Source: Synechococcales cyanobacterium
Lineage (GTDB): Bacteria > Cyanobacteriota > Cyanobacteriia > CAKZMO01
Direction of reading: 5' to 3'
DNA: 64,000 nt
Assembly: GCA_035285585.1 (NCBI GenBank)
Contig: JAYKGU010000107.1
Location: forward strand, 2,864 to 66,863
Notes under the pieces: generated by a model
Told to the model about the DNA's origin: nothing
Seen by the model: only the letters and a program-made list of their open reading frames with translations
The model's database searches: none
In this document: piece after piece, positions 43,549-52,128 of the stretch
Layout: the number at the start of each line of letters is the position of its first letter
Numbering within the stretch: the stretch's first letter is position 1
Program-made: the position numbers and the translations under genes

Positions 43549-44640
43549 AATGAGCCTCGAAAAGCAAGGGTTACATGGACTCAAACCTAACCTTTGACAG
43601 GGGAACTGTCCGTTCAAACAGGGGTAAGGAACCAGAGACGATGGACTGACCGCATTTATCGTGCCAAATGGTACGACAGAAGTCAGAGAAAAAGTTAAAA
43701 AAATTTGAAAAACAATTTTGGAAACTGCGGCAACTGAATACTGTGGTTGAAAAACGATTTTGTGGCCATCAATGGCAGCAGCTTCGTGGCGTTGTGGCCT
43801 TGAGGGGGGAGGACGATCGCCAATTTGCTCACAGAGATGAATGGCTTAATGTCCTGTATCTGCCTTTTTCAGGTGCGGCACTTACCTTATATTTAAGTAC
43901 CTTCTATTGCTTTATATCTTGCAAAGTGCCTGCAACCTTGAGCCGGTTGCTATATCGCAAGAATAAAGGCCACACTTTAAGAGCTTATGATATTTACTCA
44001 AACATTTCATTAACAAACCATAATTTCCTCCTAACCCGATCGCAATCTACATCGAGCCTGGGTTGCGAAAAGCAATCACCCCAGCCAGGTTTTTCAAGAG
44101 GCTTTACAGGCATAAACCGCACTGGCCGCAAGCTATTTACCCTACTTTAGTAGGTGCGTCGTTGACGGATGTTGGAACGATCTAAATCGTAAATTTGGCG
44201 ATCGCCTGTGACTCTGTGCGAATCACCTTTGCCGCAGGGTTCGACTAGATTGACCAGATGCCAATGCGGGGGATGTAGCTCACGAAACGCATCGGCTTAA
44301 TGCGTTTTCTCCATATTTTTGATCTTAATGAGAAAAATCTTAAATCATGAACTGTAGGAAAATCTATGTGCTTCATAGAATCTTTATGGAAAAAACAGCG
44401 GATTTACCAGGATTTGACAGTGAAATTACGGATCCCTAAATGGTGTAAGTTACGCATTAAGCTGCTCCTACCGTACGGACAAAGCTGGTGGAGGTACGGG
44501 TATCAAGCTGGCTTTAGCATGGGCAAGCTGCAAGGGAGCGCTGCCCAGTCTTCTCAACCGCTTTACCAGGGGTTGCGTTGCCAGACAGAACAGGTTTCTG
44601 CTTCAAGTGGGAAAAATTAACGGGAGAGCATTGTTGCAGA

Positions 44641-44716
44641 GAGTATCAACTTAAGGCGGGAAAGTGGGACGCGCCCCACTTTCCCGCTAATCTTGTCTCG
44701 CTTTAAGCGGGAACCC
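44641..44716. mobile_element. Short dispersed repeat family A (reverse orientation)
   Basis: gagtatcaacttaaggcgggaaagtgggac..ccactttcccgctaatcttgtctcgctttaagcgggaaccc. Confidence 0.75.
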
Positions 44717-45048
44717 GTTGCAGATTCATGGATTTTTTATCCTCAGCGATCGCACTTTCACAGAAGTTTGATAAAACTCCCCTGGGCATGGACTAGTATT
44801 ATTACGGAAATATCCTGTATCTAAACGCACTTTTTAGCGATCGCAGCTTGAATGATGGGTGTCGGTGACCGAACTGCCAGGTGGGCTGCATAAAGTATCA
44901 ACTACAACTCGTCAATGAAAGTATGGCCTTTGCCCCCTGACTACAGCATTCGGGCAAAGCTAAGTTGCCTTGCGGCTTTGCAATACATCAAACTTGCCCA
45001 TCAAACTATTTAGAAAACCTTTAAATTGAACGACAGGAGTGTCCTTTG

Positions 45049-45882
45049 ATGATGTCCTTTCCGCCCTCCTTGAAGCAGGCCCTGTGGGTGTCTGCTTGTG
45101 CTTTATCGGCGACGCTGCCCGCTGCTCCTGCCCAGGCGATCGCCTTTTCTGAATCCCAGAGCGAAATTTTCTTTGTAAACTTTAGTCACGCTCCCTTTTC
45201 TACTGCCACTTCAACTGATACCAATACCTTCACCTTTACCGATAACGACCTGGCGATCGCCAACGCTGAAGCCAACGCCATTTTCCCCGACGCCAGCGTT
45301 GTCGGTAGCTTGCCCATCATCGCCGCTAATCGTCTTTTTAATGAAGCCTTTGCCCCCGGTGGCACATCCCTGGCTACCGCCTCCAGTGAAGCATCGGTTG
45401 TGGGGGATTTTTGGGTAGACGTTGCCTCCGAACCAACGGTCTTCTCCTTTGACTTTATTGGATTCCTGGACGTTTTTGGGGTCGTCGATTCATCCCCCAC
45501 CGAGCAGGCCAGCGCATCCGCAACTATCTTTTGGGGGATCTTCGATCAAACAGAAGAACTGCCGGTTTTACTCGATATCTTTGATCTGAAGGCGGGGCTG
45601 GAAACCTTCAGCGATCGCGACTTTCTCTCTTTGCAAACAACCGAAAACATCGACCTGCTACCCGACTTAACGGCCCTTGATACCGACTTCGGCGGCACTG
45701 CTGAAAGCGCCCGTGTGAATTTTGCGGGTAGCTACCAGCGCACCTTCACCACCTCCCGCTCTCTCCGCCTGGTGGAGTTTAAGCAGGGGCAGGCGACGGC
45801 CAGTGTGCCAGAACCATCCCTGATGCTGGCAATGGGGATAGGGGGTGTGGCGCTGCTGCGATCGCGGCGGCGGACAAAGTAA
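45049..45882 (+). CDS. PEP-CTERM sorting-domain surface protein
   Basis: Signal peptide ending APAQA; acidic Ser/Thr-rich body; VPEPS + TM + RSRRRTK; AGGAG RBS. Confidence 0.92.
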   Translation: MMSFPPSLKQALWVSACALSATLPAAPAQAIAFSESQSEIFFVNFSHAPFSTATSTDTNTFTFTDNDLAIANAEANAIFPDASVVGSLPIIAANRLFNEAFAPGGTSLATASSEASVVGDFWVDVASEPTVFSFDFIGFLDVFGVVDSSPTEQASASATIFWGIFDQTEELPVLLDIFDLKAGLETFSDRDFLSLQTTENIDLLPDLTALDTDFGGTAESARVNFAGSYQRTFTTSRSLRLVEFKQGQATASVPEPSLMLAMGIGGVALLRSRRRTK

Positions 45883-45894
45883 GCCGGTATTCTC

Positions 45895-45924
45895 TTGACA
45901 CGGAGAGAAGCCGTCTGTTATGAA
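45895..45924 (+). promoter_or_regulatory. Putative sigma70-type promoter for the aroF leader
   Basis: Perfect TTGACA at 45895-45900, 18-nt spacer, TG-n-TATGAA at 45916-45924. Confidence 0.55.
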
Positions 45925-46026
45925 GGTGGAGAGGCCGTATCGGCTTTTCCACTTTCGGTTAGTTCCTCAAGGCGCGCATCCCGTGCGTTTCGTTATTGCC
46001 CCTAACTATTGCCAGAGCGTTTCAGT

Positions 46027-46077
46027 ATGCGACGATTTTTCTTTTGGTTTTGGTTTATCCCGGTTCACCAGAGGTGA
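46027..46077 (+). CDS. Putative attenuator leader peptide 1, MRRFFFWFWFIPVHQR
   Basis: ATG CGA CGA TTT TTC TTT TGG TTT TGG TTT ATC CCG GTT CAC CAG AGG TGA; seven consecutive Phe/Trp codons. Confidence 0.75.
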   Translation: MRRFFFWFWFIPVHQR

Positions 46078-46105
46078 CGGCTATTTGCCATACCCCTTCT
46101 GAGTG

Positions 46106-46134
46106 AACCGCAGGCTGCCAAACCTGCGGTTTTT
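46106..46134 (+). terminator. Intrinsic terminator of attenuator 1
   Basis: AACCGCAGG-ctgccaaa-CCTGCGGTT-TTT; 5' arm can pair alternatively with 46061-46074. Confidence 0.8.
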
Positions 46135-46204
46135 AATTATCTAGCCTGTTGAATTCGCGTCTGGCGATCGCCCCTGACCCTTTTTTCAAACGACAAAACA
46201 AGCC

Positions 46205-46276
46205 ATGCCTGCATCGCTTATCTGCCCATCCTTTTTTAGCTTCTTCTTTTTTTGGCCCCTGACCAGTTCTGGGTAA
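46205..46276 (+). CDS. Putative attenuator leader peptide 2, MPASLICPSFFSFFFFWPLTSSG
   Basis: Codons TTT TTT AGC TTC TTC TTT TTT TGG at 46232-46255 (6 Phe + 1 Trp). Confidence 0.72.
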   Translation: MPASLICPSFFSFFFFWPLTSSG

Positions 46277-46300
46277 GAAGATGCTGCCATGCCATCGACG

Positions 46301-46332
46301 AACCCGGAGCTGAACCCAGTTCCGGGTTTTTT
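46301..46332 (+). terminator. Intrinsic terminator of attenuator 2
   Basis: AACCCGGAGCTG-aacc-CAGTTCCGGGTT-TTTT; 5' arm can pair alternatively with CAGTTCTGGGT (46264-46274). Confidence 0.8.
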
Positions 46333-46416
46333 AATGACTGCGCCGCTGTGTTCGACCTCCGTCCCATCTCAGTTCGTCAATTTCTAGCAAACTCAACCCA
46401 CACAAGGAGATTTCCC

Positions 46417-47271
46417 ATGCAGAATGCTAAACTCACCGCCCAGGCCCAGGCTGACCACCGCACGGTTATCCACCTATCCGATCGAGTCACGGTGGGTGGC
46501 ACCGACCTGCTGATAGTCGGTGGCCCTTGCTCAGTGGAAAGTCAGGAACAAATGGTTACCGTTGCCGAACGTCTGGCCGGGTCGGTCCATGCCCTGCGCG
46601 GTGGCGTCTTCAAGCCCCGCACGTCACCATACTCTTTCCAGGGACTGGGCCAGGCAGGGCTAGAAATTTTAGACGCGGTGCGCCGCCGCTACCATGTGCC
46701 GGTGATTACGGAGGTGATGGCGATTGCCCAAATCGAGGCGATCGCTCACCATGCAGACGTGCTGCAAATCGGTAGCCGCAACATGCAAAACTTTGACCTG
46801 CTGAAGGCGGTAGGCGCAATTCAAAAGCCCGTGGTGCTCAAGCGGGGGCTGGCCGCTACCCTGGAGGAATTCGTGATGGCCGCCGAATACATCCTCAGCC
46901 ATGGCAATCCCAACGTCATCCTTTGTGAACGGGGCATCCGCAGCTTTGATTCCTTCACTCGCAACGTGCTAGATCTGGGAGCGGTGGTGGCCCTTAAACA
47001 AATCACTCACCTGCCGGTGATCGTTGACCCCAGCCATGCGGTGGGTAAGCGAGAGCTGGTACCCGATCTGGCGCGGGCCGCAATCGCCTGTGGTGCAGAT
47101 GGCCTCATGATCGAATGTCACCCCGTTCCCGAAGCGTCCGTCTCCGATGCCCGTCAGGCCCTATCCCTGGAGGACATGGTTGCCCTGGTGCAGAGCCTGC
47201 GTCCCATTGCAGCAGCGGTAGGGCGATCGCTGCCCATCCTTCAGGGATTCGAAGTTGCCTGTCGAAGTTAG
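46417..47271 (+). CDS. aroF: DAHP synthase type I-beta, short form (284 aa)
   Basis: [45 protein letters not shown]; AAGGAG RBS at 46404-46409 supports the ATG at 46417. Confidence 0.93.
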   Translation: MQNAKLTAQAQADHRTVIHLSDRVTVGGTDLLIVGGPCSVESQEQMVTVAERLAGSVHALRGGVFKPRTSPYSFQGLGQAGLEILDAVRRRYHVPVITEVMAIAQIEAIAHHADVLQIGSRNMQNFDLLKAVGAIQKPVVLKRGLAATLEEFVMAAEYILSHGNPNVILCERGIRSFDSFTRNVLDLGAVVALKQITHLPVIVDPSHAVGKRELVPDLARAAIACGADGLMIECHPVPEASVSDARQALSLEDMVALVQSLRPIAAAVGRSLPILQGFEVACRS

Positions 47272-47280
47272 GTAGGTCGG

Positions 47281-47418
47281 AGGTATCAATTTAAGGGGGG
47301 AAGCTTTGCCAAGAATAGAATTCAGGAGTCAGAATTCAGAAGGGAAGTGACTTCTGGCTCCTGACTCCTGAATTCTGGCTCCCTTCCAACCCGGATCTCC
47401 CGGCTTAAGTAGATACCC
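47281..47418. mobile_element. MITE-like element with GGTATCAA.TTAAG terminal inverted repeats and internal heptamer arrays
   Basis: aggtatcaatttaag...cttaagtagataccc; inverted-orientation copy at 57241-57378. Confidence 0.75.
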
Positions 47419-47438
47419 GCAGGTCGGCACTGTTAACG

Positions 47439-48308
47439 CTAATCTTGCCCCGCTTTGAGTGAGAACCCTCCGCGCTGTACCCGAAGGGCTAGTGTCGGGA
47501 GGATGTCAATCCACTGCTTCAGCCTTCTGAATGGGCAGGTTCTCGATGGTTTTTCTTCTGGAGGAGGGGATAACTCTGTAAGTGGGCTACTGGCTGTAAT
47601 GGCCTTGGTAGTTGAAGCCAGTGGGGACTCATTAGCCGATGGCACGATAGCTTTGTCTTTGAGTTCCGCTTCGGCCATGGCGATCGCTGCCTCAGCCGCA
47701 GGTAAAGCCCGTGCTGCATTGGCCATACTCATTCGATTGATGTAAGCTCGCAGGTACCTTAAACGGAGTTCTGCACTATCGGTCATGCGGCTTAAAAATG
47801 GCAGGTCAGATTCTGCCATAAATCGAATCGCCAGCATTGGAATGGGGCTGCGTAGGGGGCGAAATATTGGATTATGTAACCCAGGACTGTTACTACGCCC
47901 ATGAAATTCACCAATCATCAGCCCTTGATCCACAAATAAAGGCTTCAAATTCTGCTGTACAACATCGATTAAATCGCCTGCATTCTGGGTTTCCACATCG
48001 GGGAAAATTAGCAGGATGGATTTATAGACTGACAGCGGCCCGGTTTTGGGTTCCAATTCTAAAAATGTATGACAATACGTTGCTACTAGAGCAGTGAGTT
48101 CGTCAACAGAGCCTCCGTTTGCAGGCACAGCACTAAAATAAACCGTGTTTTGCTGTAGCGCCCGTGGGACGAACGGACAAACTGGACCAGGCCGGCCTAA
48201 TTCAGGATGGGGATTTCCAAGAAAATCACGAACCCATTTTTCTGTTTCATAAAGGCAAGGATGATAAGAAGAACTTTGCTTTAGATCAGCCGATGTCAAG
48301 AGTTGCAT
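47439..48308 (-). CDS. DUF6875-like protein (possible heme-dependent hydroxylase)
   Basis: WVRDFLGNPHPELGRPGPVCPFV, GLMIGEFH, GLHNPIFRPLRSPIPMLAIRFM; family recognised from memory. Confidence 0.65.
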   Translation of the reverse strand: MQLLTSADLKQSSSYHPCLYETEKWVRDFLGNPHPELGRPGPVCPFVPRALQQNTVYFSAVPANGGSVDELTALVATYCHTFLELEPKTGPLSVYKSILLIFPDVETQNAGDLIDVVQQNLKPLFVDQGLMIGEFHGRSNSPGLHNPIFRPLRSPIPMLAIRFMAESDLPFLSRMTDSAELRLRYLRAYINRMSMANAARALPAAEAAIAMAEAELKDKAIVPSANESPLASTTKAITASSPLTELSPPPEEKPSRTCPFRRLKQWIDILPTLALRVQRGGFSLKAGQD

Positions 48309-49280
48309 ACTTCTAAACTTCCTACCCTTCCTAAGGGAGATTTTTGTTTAACTGCTAGATTTCAACTGGATTTCAAAAAAAGCAAACAGGTCTACCAGAG
48401 CCTGAGAACAAGTCTTAAGGCTATGGAGATATCAGGAAATTTTCTATCCGAAGAAATTTCTGGACAGAGAGCCTCAAGCAGCATTGGCCAACTTTTCGGA
48501 TCAAGGGAGCCGTGCTTGCTGGTCTCAGATCCATAAACTTTGCAATTTCTGTCAAAACCGGCATTAACGGCGCTAGTACGTTCAGGGGTAATGCTGGCAC
48601 CCTACACACTCACCCCAACAGGACTTAATCGTTTTAATGGTTTTGTGCTTGTTCAACGCCCACAAAACCATCAGAACTCTTGGACGCCGCACGTAGTGCG
48701 TAAGTCCTACTCAAATGACATGCGAGTCTCTAAAGCACGTGGATAAATCCTGAGATGAAGGTGCTGAAGAACTGAATCGCTGTAACCGTAACTGGGGTAT
48801 TTACGACCTCAGCAATTATTCAAGTTAGCCGGGGGAGGGTTGCCAAAACCGTATAACTACTGGCTTGTTATACCGCCTTTGCGTTTACTATGTTTGGTAC
48901 ACGCTAATTATGGGTAATTACCTTGCGTATCGAACAGAGTAGAGGGGCCGCCTTTAAACAATCTTCGTAGTCTGGTAAAGATTAAAACGGCTAATCCCGT
49001 TTATTCATTACCAGGAATTACTGAGATGAATACGATCGTAGTGCTGGTCAGTCGTTTCAAACAAGTAACGGTAAGTAGCATGTAAATTATAGATTTGTGT
49101 TCTTGATCATTCTCTAAGTGTCTGGCTATAAATGAAGCAGGTGGGGTGCCTACTCCACGGTAGATTCGTTTATTTGCGGCCACCTATTTATTTGGAGAAA
49201 GTGAAGCTAACTGCAATCAGATTCTCGACCTTTATTTTCCTCTGTTTATAGCTATTTTTACAATATCTCCTCATAATTTT

Positions 49281-51983
49281 ATGGCTGTGTTTGAGTGGCC
49301 TGATCAATTTTCCCCTACTCCGTCAACCAATACCCCAGAGAGCGGTTCAAGCCGATTCCCGATCCCTTTTTCCGGGGAAGGTGGCACCCATGCTGCTGCT
49401 CAATCTTTGCAGGGGCCAGTTGGCTGTATTCACCAGTGCTTTGAAGCCCAGGTGCGGCAGCATCCCAATGCGGCAGCGCTCCTTTTTGAAGATCAGGTCA
49501 TCACTTATGAGACATTAAACCGGCGGGCCAACCAGCTTGCCTGGTATTTAAAGGAGCAGGGTATTGGCCCAGGCAGTTTGGTTGGCATTTGTGTGGAGCG
49601 ATCGCCCTCCATGATTGTGGGTTTGCTGGGTATTTTGAAGGCGGGGGGTGGCTACGTTCCCCTTGACCCAGAAACACCGCCTGAGCGGCTCAATTTTGTG
49701 CTAGACGAAACGGAAGTTGCCGTGGTGCTAACGCAGTTTTCCCTTCAAAAGCGCTTTACCAGCCGGGTGAAACACATTGTCTGCCTGGATCAGAATTGGG
49801 CGAATACCCAGACTTACTCCACTGAAAATCTAGATTTACTGATTAATCCAGAGTCAGTAATGTATGTGATTTATACCTCTGGATCAACGGGCAAGCCCAA
49901 AGGAGTCATGATTCCCCACCGTGGTATTCATAACCAGCTCCAGTGGCGGCAGGTAACGTTTCCATTAGCAAGTAGCGATCGCGTTCTCCAAAATATCTCC
50001 TTCACGTTTGATCCCTCCGTCTGGCAGATTTTCTGGCCCCTGACCTGCGGCGCACAACTCGTGTTGCCAAAGCCAGGCGGACAGAAAGATGTCGCTTACT
50101 TAATGGACTTAATTGCGGCTTTTCAAGTTTCTGTCATTGCATTAGTGCCGTCTTTCCTTGATGTCCTGCTGCGGCAACCAGGCTTAGACCGCCTCAGTGC
50201 AATCAAACACATTTTTTGTGGCGGTGAAGCCCTGCCTGGAGAATTGCAGACTTTCTTTTTTCAACAGTGGTCTCAGTTGCCATCGCCACCCCCGCAGCTT
50301 CACAACGTGTATGGCCCGACCGAAGCGTCTATTGATGCCTCCTTTTGGACCTGTCAGCGCGATCGCATCGAACCCATTGCCCCCATCGGCAAACCGATCC
50401 TCAATGCGTCACTCCATGTGCTGGATGAGATGCTGCAACCCGTCCCAGAGGGCACAGTAGGCGAACTTTACATTGGCGGTGCCGGGCTGGCTTTAGGCTA
50501 TTTAAATCGCCCTGAACTGACAGCAGAACGCTTTATTCCGCATTCTATTGCTGGTGCTCCGTCCCAGCGCTTATACCGGACAGGCGATCTGGCTCGCTGG
50601 CTCCCCGATGGCTTGCTGGCTTTCGTCGGGCGGGTAGATCACCAGGTCAAGATTCGAGGGTTTCGCATTGAGTTGGGAGATATTGAAGCCGCCCTCAGAC
50701 AACATCCATGGGTGACCAACGTGGCGGTCATTGCTCGGGATAGCGGCTCAGACAAGCAGCTTGTTGCCTGCCTAACGGTTGGTGGGGCCGCTGATGGAAC
50801 TGTCCTTTCACCCGCCTCCCTCTCTTCAAAAATGCGAACATTTTTGCAGGACAAACTGCCAGAATATATGGTGCCCGCAGCGTATGTCCTGTTGGATCAA
50901 CTTCCTTTGAATGCCAATGGCAAAATTGATCGACGGGCCTTACAGGATCTCGACCTTTCCCTGGCGAATCCTTCCGCTAAAACCTTGCCCCGTAACTTGA
51001 TCGAAGCCTGCCTGACTGAGATTTGGTCAAGCGTTTTGGGGGTTGAGGTGGGTGTGGATGATCATTTCTTTGATTTGGGCGGGCACTCCCTGTTAGCGAT
51101 TGAGATTTGCCGCTTGATGGAGGCTGCTCTGAATAAACCCATCAAACCGGCCCTGCTCTTCACAGCACCGACAATTGCCTCACTCTCGGAGCGACTTCAG
51201 CGGGGCGACACCGCCGTGGTGCCCTCCCTCACCATATCTCGACCTGCAGGGGATAAGGTTCCCTTCTTCTTTGTGAATTCCCAGGGGTTGCTTCGTAAGC
51301 TGTTACCTCATATCGAGGCCAATCAGCCGGTATACGGCCTGAATATTTTGGGCCTGATCGAGCGGTATCAAGACAACTTAAGTGAGGTGACGTTAGGGGC
51401 GATCGCCGCTGATATGATGCAAGACATCTTAGCCATCCAACCTGATGGGCCTTACCAGCTCATTGCCTATTGCGGAGACAGCCGCCTGACCCTGGAAATT
51501 GCCCAGCAAATGAAACGGCAAGGCCACGATATTAACCTCTTGTTCATCGATGCCATCTGGGATGAGCAAAAGCCCGACTTAAAGTCGTACTGGCAGAATA
51601 TGCGCCGCTTGGGACTGAGCTACCTGTGGACTAAGCTAGCTCGACTCATCAAAGGTCAGCACCGCAAAGCTTTAAAATACTACGCAAACGTGCAGCGACG
51701 GTATCAAGCCTATGAAACGGCTCACCCGACTCGGCGCGATCGGAATGTCGCATTTCTTAAAAAATTTGCCCAATTGTCGTGGACGTATCAAGGGGAACCC
51801 TATCCCGATAAAATAGTCTTGTTGCTATCAAGCGAGTGGCTGGCTTTAAATACCCCAGCCCTGGCTCAACTGGCTTGCGGTGGGTTAGAAATTCATGAAG
51901 TCAAGGGTTATCACCACACCCTGTTTGAAGATGGATATGTTCAAGAGTTAGCGCAGAAAATTACTAATTATTTGCAATCTTAG
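49281..51983 (+). CDS. Stand-alone NRPS-like A-T-TE enzyme
   Basis: YVIYTSGSTGKPKG, FDPS, NVYGPTE, GELYIGG, YRTGD, GRVDHQVKIRGFRIELG, NGKIDR; PCP FFDLGGHSL; C-terminal TE-like domain; no C domain. Confidence 0.92.
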   Translation: MAVFEWPDQFSPTPSTNTPESGSSRFPIPFSGEGGTHAAAQSLQGPVGCIHQCFEAQVRQHPNAAALLFEDQVITYETLNRRANQLAWYLKEQGIGPGSLVGICVERSPSMIVGLLGILKAGGGYVPLDPETPPERLNFVLDETEVAVVLTQFSLQKRFTSRVKHIVCLDQNWANTQTYSTENLDLLINPESVMYVIYTSGSTGKPKGVMIPHRGIHNQLQWRQVTFPLASSDRVLQNISFTFDPSVWQIFWPLTCGAQLVLPKPGGQKDVAYLMDLIAAFQVSVIALVPSFLDVLLRQPGLDRLSAIKHIFCGGEALPGELQTFFFQQWSQLPSPPPQLHNVYGPTEASIDASFWTCQRDRIEPIAPIGKPILNASLHVLDEMLQPVPEGTVGELYIGGAGLALGYLNRPELTAERFIPHSIAGAPSQRLYRTGDLARWLPDGLLAFVGRVDHQVKIRGFRIELGDIEAALRQHPWVTNVAVIARDSGSDKQLVACLTVGGAADGTVLSPASLSSKMRTFLQDKLPEYMVPAAYVLLDQLPLNANGKIDRRALQDLDLSLANPSAKTLPRNLIEACLTEIWSSVLGVEVGVDDHFFDLGGHSLLAIEICRLMEAALNKPIKPALLFTAPTIASLSERLQRGDTAVVPSLTISRPAGDKVPFFFVNSQGLLRKLLPHIEANQPVYGLNILGLIERYQDNLSEVTLGAIAADMMQDILAIQPDGPYQLIAYCGDSRLTLEIAQQMKRQGHDINLLFIDAIWDEQKPDLKSYWQNMRRLGLSYLWTKLARLIKGQHRKALKYYANVQRRYQAYETAHPTRRDRNVAFLKKFAQLSWTYQGEPYPDKIVLLLSSEWLALNTPALAQLACGGLEIHEVKGYHHTLFEDGYVQELAQKITNYLQS

Positions 51984-52028
51984 GGTTCCCGCTAAACCTT
52001 TCCCAATTTAATCGTGCCGACCCACTTA

Positions 52029-52128
52029 GGAGACTTCCAGGAAAAAATTTACCCTTGGTTAAACCCTTGGTAGGGGCAAATGACCATTTGCCCCACGTCG
52101 TCCGGTAAGACCTGTATCAAAAATCTCC
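52029..52128. mobile_element. MITE-like element family B with TTA target duplication
   Basis: TTA|GGAGACTT...AAATCTCC|TTA; the right TTA is the stop codon of the gene at 52129. Confidence 0.75.

Noticed and set aside
43668-44620. ORFs 43668-44150 and 44366-44620 in the long spacer
   Set aside because: Atypical composition and no motifs or double-glycine leader; more likely divergent promoter DNA
45920-46102. 60-aa ORF in the aroF leader
   Set aside because: Its ATG overlaps the predicted -10 box, so it probably lies upstream of the TSS; the short Phe/Trp uORF in another frame explains the sequence better
46252-46416. 55-aa N-terminal extension of aroF from the TTG at 46252
   Set aside because: Runs through terminator 2, has no RBS and does not resemble an ACT domain; the ATG at 46417 has AAGGAG
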